A stretch of 64,000 nucleotides of DNA from Somniosus microcephalus (lineage: Eukaryota): NCBI GenBank assembly GCA_052327205.1, contig CM126226.1:24428001-24492000 (forward strand), written 5' to 3'. Of the stretch, positions 58,713-64,000 are shown in pieces. Both the position numbers and the translations under genes were made by a program. The first letter of the stretch is position 1. The number at the start of each line of letters is the position of its first letter. The notes under the pieces were generated by a model that had not been told where the DNA came from, did not search any database, and saw only the letters and a list, made by a program, of their open reading frames with translations.

Positions 58713-59011
58713 CACTAAATCATATTTTGAACCACTTGAAACCAATTATAACTGAATTCAATTAGAATTAGTGCTGGAAACTCGATGCTTGAAGTGTTCT
58801 GAGTATTATGTAGTAGGCTTCGAGCCAGTGCTTCTCTTTAAACCCTCTTGATGAGTGCCTGATTTATTTTTTCTCTCTCGCATCCCCAGCTAAAGATAAT
58901 CAGCCTGGCTGGTTCTGTATTGAGGATGATGGAAAAACAAAGGCTCCATTTTGGTGCCCTTTGCTTGCCTGTCGTATGCCTATGTATGGCTCAAAATGCC
59001 AGGACCTGAAG
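9485..59011 (+). CDS. ARHGEF10L: ARHGEF10L Rho guanine nucleotide exchange factor 10-like, partial multi-exon gene (17 coding exons in window; N- and C-terminal exons not located)
   Basis: Exons join in phase through GT-AG introns. The peptide contains [54 protein letters not shown], the DH domain ([25 protein letters not shown]...[24 protein letters not shown]) and [10 protein letters not shown]. These match vertebrate ARHGEF10L as I recall it, rather than ARHGEF10 or ARHGEF17. Confidence 0.95.
12150..13410 (+). mobile_element. CR1 LINE 3' portion (decayed reverse transcriptase)
   Basis: ORF remnants [23 protein letters not shown] and [11 protein letters not shown]; CR1 3' tail gggctgaatggcctgtttctgtgctgta. 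Confidence 0.92.
14735..15136 (+). mobile_element. tRNA/Deu-type SINE fragment with a second short SINE inserted at about 14766-14932
   Basis: Both copies carry the tail gtgaaaggcgctata(t/g)aaatgcaagtctttc. The inner copy has a tRNA-like head (gctcagtgg..ggttcaagtcc) fused directly to the tail. Confidence 0.85.
15224..16620 (+). mobile_element. Penelope-like retroelement, 5'-truncated: RT C-terminus, GIY-YIG endonuclease and 3' tail
   Basis: LPFLD and YKPTD motifs, CxxxxCxxC linker, VYCIRC...YIGET...RFAEH...VACHFN (ORF 15574..16272); a single apparent frameshift near 15765. Confidence 0.93.
16519..16553 (+). ncRNA. Minimal type-I hammerhead ribozyme motif in the Penelope tail
   Basis: AGTT-TTGAAGA-A-GGGT(TCG)ACCC-GAAA-CG-TC-AACT: stem I AGTT/AACT, core boxes with a C3U variant, stem II, palindromic ACGT at stem III. 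Confidence 0.7.
19068..20100 (+). mobile_element. CR1 LINE 3' kilobase inserted in the Vingi-like element
   Basis: [28 protein letters not shown] (ORF 19292..19735), VVGIWNSLP; 3' tail. Vingi coding sequence resumes at 20101. Confidence 0.93.
20198..20342 (-). mobile_element. Short CR1 3'-end insertion with TGTAG duplication
   Basis: catagaaa..ggccattcggcccttcgagcctgctc tail; TGTAG at 20193-20197 and 20343-20347. Confidence 0.85.
21700..22643 (+). mobile_element. Two tandem 3' fragments of an L1/Tx1-clade LINE (21700-22166 and 22181-22643)
   Basis: [38 protein letters not shown] resembles the Tx1 ORF2 C-terminus. TACACCAACACTAA flanks and separates the copies. Confidence 0.85.
23064..23832. 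mobile_element. Harbinger-like MITE
   Basis: Imperfect terminal inverted repeats GCCCTGGATTTTGC / GCAAATTACGGGC; GC-rich palindromic ends and an AT-rich core. Confidence 0.6.
24420..24600 (+). mobile_element. LINE (L2/CR1-group) endonuclease N-terminal remnant
   Basis: atcatggcattgactgaaacttggctc = IMALTETWL, followed by [11 protein letters not shown]. Confidence 0.6.
25749..26201. repeat. Perfect 41-bp inverted repeat (25749-25789 / 26161-26201) with a 371-bp spacer
   Basis: TTCCTTGTATCACTGCAAAAACTAGAGGGGTACCATCTTCA and its exact reverse complement. Confidence 0.95.
26469..26546 (+). CDS. ARHGEF10L: ARHGEF10L exon (78 nt, phase 1->1): [25 protein letters not shown]
   Basis: tgtttcag|CC ... 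CAGG|gtaaga; conserved DVIYDDV motif. An in-frame alternative AG lies at 26485-26486. Confidence 0.88.
27412..27587 (+). CDS. ARHGEF10L: ARHGEF10L exon (176 nt): [13 protein letters not shown]...[17 protein letters not shown]...VLQPK
   Basis: cacacag|TG ... AAG|gtgaaa; [10 protein letters not shown] family motif; lies within ORF 27372..27674. Confidence 0.93.
30950..31066 (+). CDS. ARHGEF10L: ARHGEF10L exon (117 nt, phase 0->0): [39 protein letters not shown]
   Basis: Long pyrimidine tract then ctcag|CTT; donor AAG|gtacct; close match to the ARHGEF10L-specific LSPDL..KYDCK segment. Confidence 0.92.
31504..32207 (+). mobile_element. Young CR1 3' fragment with an uninterrupted ORF2 C-terminus
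   Basis: ORF 31462..32115 ([40 protein letters not shown]); 3' tail ttctatgtttcta. Confidence 0.95.
32764..32872 (+). CDS. ARHGEF10L: ARHGEF10L exon (109 nt): [36 protein letters not shown]
   Basis: caccag|ATG ... CAAG|gtattg; conserved [12 protein letters not shown] motif. Confidence 0.95.
33931..34114. mobile_element. Short foldback MITE (about 184 bp) inserted in an old SINE
   Basis: GGGGTGAAACTGGTC..GACTAACTTCACCCC; central aattttcctttcc/ggaaaagaaaatt hairpin. Confidence 0.7.
35277..35458 (-). mobile_element. Solo LTR (about 182 bp) with AAAGG duplication, inside a decayed Penelope tail
   Basis: Minus strand starts TGTTGTG and contains TATAAAAAGG and AGTAAA; AAAGG at 35272-35276 and 35459-35463; the far terminus is eroded. 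Confidence 0.6.
35688..35794 (+). CDS. ARHGEF10L: ARHGEF10L exon (107 nt): [35 protein letters not shown]
   Basis: ttttttcag|AT ... CAGCAG|gtctgt; PMP.GL..QQ motif just before the DH domain. Confidence 0.94.
36696..36773 (+). CDS. ARHGEF10L: ARHGEF10L exon (78 nt), start of DH domain: [26 protein letters not shown]
   Basis: aacag|ATT ... CAG|gtagga; DH conserved region 1. Confidence 0.96.
37565..37897 (-). mobile_element. tRNA-derived SINE, second family
   Basis: Minus strand starts gggtacagtagtgtagtg.ttatg..ctcaaatcccatcatggcag; the tail has gggcaataaatgccagcc. Confidence 0.7.
38133..38312 (+). CDS. ARHGEF10L: ARHGEF10L exon (180 nt), DH domain: [12 protein letters not shown]...[10 protein letters not shown]
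   Basis: ttcctcag|GAG ... TCA|gtaagt; lies within ORF 37920..38720. Confidence 0.96.
38595..38711 (+). CDS. ARHGEF10L: ARHGEF10L exon (117 nt), DH domain: [39 protein letters not shown]
   Basis: ttgcag|TTC ... AAG|gtgagt. Confidence 0.96.
39575..40045 (-). mobile_element. CR1 3' fragment (further CR1 tails at 39162-39420)
   Basis: ORF 39640..40164: [31 protein letters not shown]. Confidence 0.92.
42250..42342 (+). CDS. ARHGEF10L: ARHGEF10L exon (93 nt), DH domain: [31 protein letters not shown]
   Basis: ctacag|CGG ... CAG|gtgagg; DH conserved region 3 motif KPIQRFPQF. Confidence 0.96.
42906..43132 (+). mobile_element. Solo LTR (227 bp) with 5-bp target site duplication AGCTC
   Basis: TGAC...GTCA termini, TATAAATA, ATTAAA; AGCTC at 42901-42905 and 43133-43137; homolog at 53250-53476. 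Confidence 0.88.
43372..43542 (+). CDS. ARHGEF10L: ARHGEF10L exon (171 nt), end of DH domain: [24 protein letters not shown]...GDRNLNK
   Basis: tttcag|GAT ... AAG|gtcagg; lies within ORF 43258..43566. Confidence 0.96.
43797..44232 (+). mobile_element. Full-length tRNA-head Deu-domain SINE (SacSINE1-like)
   Basis: A box tggctcagtgg, B box ggttcaagtcc, core gtgctgagggagcgctgcactgtc, tail gctatataaatacaag. Related copies lie at about 9128-9360(-), 52605-52995(+), 59125-59250(-) and 62590-62915(-). Confidence 0.88.
44240..44925. mobile_element. CpG-rich MITE-like DNA transposon remnant
   Basis: Abrupt GC/CpG-rich block ending gaatttctcccc, like the other Harbinger-type termini in the window. 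Confidence 0.5.
46336..46985 (+). repeat. Local direct duplication (46336-46506 and 46837-46985)
   Basis: Shared blocks gctgaactctaccaggtg, ttaatcatctaatct and ttgacatccttcatacactgtacagcaa. Confidence 0.9.
47464..47609 (+). CDS. ARHGEF10L: ARHGEF10L exon (146 nt), PH-like region: [48 protein letters not shown]
   Basis: gtgcag|TTG ... GTAAA|gtaagt (phase 2). Confidence 0.95.
48346..48738. mobile_element. Tigger/pogo-like MITE with TA duplication; contains a CR1 tail at about 48588-48700
   Basis: TA-CAGTAAACTC ... GAGTTTACTG-TA. Confidence 0.85.
49784..49962 (+). CDS. ARHGEF10L: ARHGEF10L exon (179 nt): [34 protein letters not shown]...TSLS
   Basis: ttccag|G ... TCAA|gtaagt; phase 2->1. Confidence 0.95.
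50010..50342 (+). mobile_element. CR1 fragment with an internal deletion
   Basis: [19 protein letters not shown] segment fused to the WNALP segment and the 3' tail. Confidence 0.85.
50413..50734. mobile_element. Tigger/pogo-like MITE with TA duplication
   Basis: TA-CAGGAAACTTTC ... GAAAGTTTCCTG-TA. Confidence 0.85.
51162..51277 (+). CDS. ARHGEF10L: ARHGEF10L exon (116 nt): [38 protein letters not shown]
   Basis: cctccctcag|GTAAG ... CAG|gtatga; phase 1->0. Confidence 0.95.
51570..51810 (+). mobile_element. Decayed PIF/Harbinger transposase fragment
   Basis: Translates to WLVGDKAY.L and [18 protein letters not shown]....IVVVYCALH, resembling the Harbinger/HARBI1 DDE C-terminal motifs; contains stops and frameshifts. 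Confidence 0.75.
53250..53476 (+). mobile_element. Solo LTR (227 bp) with 5-bp duplication CCACC, same family as 42906-43132
   Basis: Shared ggtggcgc.gtcca, gagtataaatactcgggc, ggaactagtgaag and ttacgtca; CCACC at 53245-53249 and 53477-53481. Confidence 0.85.
54066..54193 (+). CDS. ARHGEF10L: ARHGEF10L exon (128 nt): [42 protein letters not shown]
   Basis: ttcccag|AAT ... GACAA|gtaagg; phase 0->2. Confidence 0.94.
54868..55285 (-). mobile_element. RTE-clade LINE 3' end
   Basis: Minus strand reads [44 protein letters not shown], then a C-terminal zinc-finger remnant and a (GAG)n tail. Confidence 0.9.
56364..56464 (+). CDS. ARHGEF10L: ARHGEF10L exon (101 nt): [33 protein letters not shown]
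   Basis: cctaaag|G ... CTAA|gtaggt; phase 2->1. Confidence 0.95.
57748..58433 (-). mobile_element. Young CR1 3' fragment, same subfamily as 31504-32207, inverted
   Basis: ORF 57834..58421 is nearly identical in peptide to ORF 31462..32115. Confidence 0.95.
58890..59011 (+). CDS. ARHGEF10L: ARHGEF10L exon (122 nt): [40 protein letters not shown]
   Basis: ccccag|CT ... AAG|gtaagg; phase 1->0; NQPGW and APFWCP motifs. Confidence 0.95.
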
Positions 59012-62000
59012 GTAAGGCTAAGAAAAAGCATCAAGAGGTTCCATAGTCTTTAATATATCTGTATTTGGTACATATTTGACCATTTCTATATGTTTTAATC
59101 TTGGTTTTGATGTGGTCCTTAAAAGAAAGAACTTGCATTTATATAGTGCTTTTCACAACCTCAGGACATCCCAAACAGCTTTACAGTCAATTAAGTACTT
59201 TTGAAGTGGAGTCACTGTTGGAATGCGAGTGCTACCACTGAGCCACAGCTTTACGCAATCTTATGCCTTTGCTTTTGAGAATTATTTTTCAGAATTCTAA
59301 TATTCCCCATTCAAGGTTTCTGTTCCCATACTTCCTACACCAAGACCTCCACGTGAGCTGTTTCCAGTCATCATTTGTAGTAAGGTCCCTTGGTGCAATT
59401 TATAGCTAAAGGGTTGGATTTTTAGAAGCAGGAAAAAGCCATTAGGCCATGTAAACCAAACCATCTTCCGTAGATCAACCCAACATATCAACCTTCTTGC
59501 GATATTGCTCGGTTCCTTCTCCAGAAATCTAGAACCCATTTGTACTGTCCACTTCAATGGCCTTCCCTGATAATTCCATCTTCTTACTCCTATCTTCCTA
59601 ACGTTTAACTTGTATTTGAATCTTTCACCACTGAATAACGTACCTAGATTGTGTGTGTCCATTCCCTTCATTATCTTGAATCTGCACAATCAGTATCTTG
59701 GCTTCAAACACAGGCAAAAAAATGAATTTATACTTCCAAGTCATTATCACAGGTGAACCCATTTGTTTACACTTTCAATTTACAATTCCTGTAGGTTAGT
59801 GTGATGATAAAAATAGTCAATTTGCACACCATTGCACCACAATCCACTTTGTGATGCATTTAGCAATTCAACAGTAACCCAGGATGCTGAAGAAAAATAT
59901 GTACTGGCTGTTGGAGCCTGGGAGTGACCCCAGAAATAAATGTCCAGTCTTCATTGACAACAAGTCAGATTATTTCTCAGTCTGAGGGTGGGGGAGAAAG
60001 GAGGGTGAGCAACCTATTAGTTGTAGCAATATATTCCACTCGCCCCATCCACCGCCTTGGTTAGGCAATCACTCTTTGCCTTTCTCACTCCCATTTTTGG
60101 ATTCGCAAGATTAAAATTTAGCAACCTTTGAATAGCTGTCTGAAATCCAATGTTATCTAAATGCTAATCACTAATTGGAAGCTGGAAGTGGAATGTAGTG
60201 AATGAAGTTGGGTAGAACATTCGACTGATGACTTATTAAACATAACTTTTTATTCATGGTTGGATGGAGGAGGCAATTTGGCTGCATGGCAAAATGAAAT
60301 GGACGGACATTTAAAATTACAACTGTAGCTCTGCGAGCAAACGTGGCAGCTAATTTGCACACCGAGGTCCCGCAAAAAGCAAATAAGGTATATGAACAGT
60401 TGATCTATTTTTACTGGCATTGATTGAAGAGGGAATGTTGGCTAGGACACTAGGAGAATTCCCAGCTCCTCTGAGTAGTGCCATGGATCAGTTTTGTCCA
60501 TCTGAGCCACTGGAAGAGGTAGACGGAGACTTCTTTAAGGTCTCATCTCACCTGAAAGATGACCGAGACGATTTTGAACTTACGCCTGAATTGCCTAGTC
60601 CGCGGTGGCTGCCTGTTGGGTTTAGCGGAAGGATTCTGACCTCATTTGACTGTAGTCTGTGAGCTGCCCAGTACTCAACGAGAGCTAGCGGGTAGATCAC
60701 CGAATTGGGAGTAGGTGGGGTGGGGGGGGGCGGGGGGGGGGGGTGGGTGTGGTGCAGAAAATCCGGCAGTTCCATGGGTCAGTGGAGCCAGGGTTGGCAG
60801 TAAAAGTGGGGAAGGTGGCGAGGTACACCAGGAGGGGCCTACCCAGCAGCTCACCGCCTGGTACAAATGGGCAGAGTGGGTGCAGCACGCAGTCTACCCA
60901 TTTGTACTTGGAAATTGCAAACAGGCGCCTACAGCTGGCGTAGGACCCTGAATCTCTTATGGAAGCGGCCCCCCCGCCTGTTTTGGCTGGGAATGCTGGG
61001 GGCCCATTTACAGACCCGCCTGAAAATCACATCAAGTGTCCTTGGGCGTCCAAGGTGCGACCACTGTTTCCATGCCATTTTCAGCTGTCGGACGCCTGGC
61101 AAACTGGGCAGCCAGCATCTGACACCAAAGCATTCCCACAGTACTGCGCTTTAATATTACCTGAAGGAAGGTCCCAGCTTCAATCTTTATCAATGCTGAT
61201 AACCTTGGTTTCTGCTCCCAATTGCTATGATTTTTTTTTTGCCCTCCCTAGACCAGTGACCATGGCCTCAGAAAGGGACAAAGTAGTCTGGTTTCCTGCT
61301 GGCAATTCAGTGACCCCCCCCCCCCTCCCCGCTGTTGTGTGTGCACGTTGGGTGAGGACAGTCCAAAGGCCAGATGAGACATTTTAAGCTAACGCACAAA
61401 AACTGACCCTTTGGTCAAGGTATTGGAATCTGGAAAGTGCCCATAGATCTGTACTCCAACGTGCGTCAACAATTTGCATTTACATAGCACCTTTAACACA
61501 GTAAAACGTCCCAGGAGAAGAAGGGAGAAGATGGATTGTTTTATAGAAAAAAACAAATATTCTTGACGGTACCAACTATTCCAATATGAAAATGAGGAAA
61601 TGGGAATCCCTCTTGCGCCCCCCCCCCCCCCCCCCCCAAACAATGTGTGAACACATTTCTGCTTAGTTAGTCCCCATCTGTAAAGGGAAGACCAGGCACC
61701 ATCAGAACACTAGATTTAATATGGGAGAGAGAGAATTTAACTTTAAACTTGTTGACTGAGCCAGAACAAGACGCTTACACTGAGGAAGGGTACACATCCA
61801 AAACTTTAACTTGCCTTTTCTCTTTACAGATGCTAACACATCTGTGCAATTCCAGCGTTTTCTGTTTTTATTTGTTGTCCAGCATTTGCAGTCATCTTTT
61901 CTCCTTCCTGCTCAATTTGTACCCATTATCGGTGAATTCCTGTTTTGCTCTTCCATTATTTTAGTTTATTTGGGCACTGGCCACCGCTCTGACCTGCAGA

Positions 62001-62589
62001 ACTATAATTCTACAGTTGCTGCCCACTGATGTCACTGGAACAAATCCAAGCTCCTCGGTGACCATTCTCTCAACTGTCCAATGTTCAGAGTATTTCTGTG
62101 CATTTTGGGTATAGTGTAGCCGCCTTGTTTGTGCTGAATCTACGCAATGAAATGCTGACCTTTCACCCCCGCCCACATTGTTCAAAGCCGAGAATGAATG
62201 CCTGACTGCAAGGCTGAAATTGGGTCGTCATCAACTGTAGAGTTTTGAACAAGGTTTTTCAGCATGCTGTCTGATATTTTCTAAAATGTAAGTAAGACAC
62301 CAAAAGTGTGGGGTTTTTTTAAGTCAATTTTTTCCACTTACTCTTATATTACCTAATGTATATCCATGGTGATGTTACTATTTATTGACAATATCAAGGG
62401 TTCTGGTAATGTTTTTTTATCAGCAACAAAACAGAAATCTGAACTCTGGTCCACTGGCTTACGGTGACTGAATGGGTTTCCATGATCTTTTGCAGTGTTT
62501 TGGGGAATCACTTTCCATTATTTATATTCATTTTTCCTGAAATCCAAATACCAGTGGCCTTGGTCATGACTCCAGCACTGCTCCAGGCA

Positions 62590-62915
62590 GACACTTTGTG
62601 CACAGCAAGTTCCCACAAACAGCGATTAAATAAATGACCAGGCCAGCTGCTTTAGTGATGTTGGTTGAGGGTAGATGTTGATAAAGACACCGGCAGAACT
62701 CCCCCGCTCTTCTTCAAATAGTGCGGTGGGATCTTTTACATCCGCCTGAGGCGATAGTGTCTCATCCAAATGATGGGACCTCTGACGGTGCAGCACTCCC
62801 TCAGTACGAAACTGGAGTGTCAACCTAGATTATGTGCTCAAATCCCAGGAGTGCGGATTGAACCCACCACCTTCTAACTCGGACAAGAGTGCTACCACTG
62901 AGCCGAGGCTGACTC
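62590..62915 (-). mobile_element. tRNA/Deu SINE, head and core
   Basis: Reverse complement of gtcagcctcggctcagtggtagcactc..ggttcaatcc..gtactgagggagtgctgcaccgtc. Confidence 0.85.
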
Positions 62916-64000
62916 CTAAAGTGAAACTCCTGTTAAAGTGAAACTTGGGGAGTAAGCGGATTTAATTACAAGATTAGATGCTCAGGAAAGATTCACAGTG
63001 ATATGTTAAAAGGCTAAAGCAGCTAAATATAACTATGTACGTGTAATTAGCTGATGGAAGTGAAGAGATTCTGTATTAAACTACAGATACATTATTGGTA
63101 ATCCTGTAATGTATGTAAATGAAAAATAGTAAGGTTAGTTATAAATAAGTGCAAACATTTGTTTTAAATCACTATGCAATGATCAATATGAGCATTTGGA
63201 GACATTCCCTTGAGATTAATTTTTTCAATTAACCAACAAGTTGGATCGAGACTGGAGAAGTGAGTCTGCAAGATGGAATTTGTATGCTGGCATTAAACTA
63301 ATTGTAAAGTTGTTATTCAATGTTGGATTATTAGCCACTCTTAAGAAGAATGAAACATTAGAATAAGACTGTTAGTGCAGCCATGCAGTTAGAGGGAGCG
63401 ATTGAGATCTAAATGGGATGTGAAAGTAAATCTTAGAAATTATTCTATTCTCAACATCTATCCTATTCTCAACATATTCTGTATGATTGTGCTGTCTGTA
63501 TACAACTCTAATGAGAGATTTGGTCTGTTTGTAATATAAAGGTTTGTTTCTGGGTGAAATATTTCCATATTTGATGAAATCCTGTTTTGTAAATGGATTT
63601 GGAGTGCCTGAGATTTGACTAGAAAGATGAACTACAAGTTTATCGGGGATGTAATTGTGTTTAATAAGAAAAAAAGTGGACAAGTCTAAGTAGCCTTGTG
63701 CTCTCCATGTGAGAGCTGATGGGCTATTGGATGTGCCTGACCAGTCCTCAAATAGGCACTTTTCACCAGCAGGCACTGGGTTACGATTAGGAGCATGAAC
63801 CTCAGCTGACATTTAAAAGAAAAAATCCCTCCCTAGCTTGGGACGCAGAGGGCAATTTGAAGGTTCCCAATTGCTACCTTGTTTGAGCTCAGCTAATCCA
63901 GCACGGACCCGGGCTCCTATCTCAGACCATCCTGGAGGTATAGCTCAGTTCCACACTGGGCATTACACTTGGCAACTTCCAAATCCAGACTGTGTGTGTG

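Noticed and set aside
59012-64000. Next ARHGEF10L coding exon
   Set aside because: No AG-bounded segment with the expected peptide was found; it probably lies beyond the window. ORFs here (such as 60959..61387 and 63372..63812) have no recognisable motifs.

Overview
Eukaryotic DNA, most likely from a cartilaginous fish (shark-type CR1, tRNA/Deu-SINE, Penelope-like, Tx1 and RTE repeats). The window is the interior of one + strand gene, ARHGEF10L (Rho GEF 10-like). I can splice 17 GT-AG coding exons between 9485 and 59011 with fully consistent phases, covering the acidic N-terminal region, the DH domain and the PH-like region. The start codon exon and the C-terminal exons are not securely found here. 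Almost all ORFs in the supplied track are intron or transposon noise. The introns hold nested transposons: CR1, Penelope-like elements with minimal hammerhead ribozyme cores, a Vingi/Ingi-like LINE, two tandem Tx1 fragments with three copies of one target-site motif, RTE, Harbinger and Tigger MITEs, four short solo LTRs and several SINE families. I found no clearly new multi-gene system. The best leads are RNA-level: a sense-strand hammerhead motif, an exon whose splice junction regenerates the upstream donor, a stop-free 3n intron, candidate alternative 5' exons bracketed by inverted MITEs, a perfect 41-bp inverted repeat, and a minisatellite born inside a Penelope ORF. Family names come from recognising motifs from memory, not from database searches.
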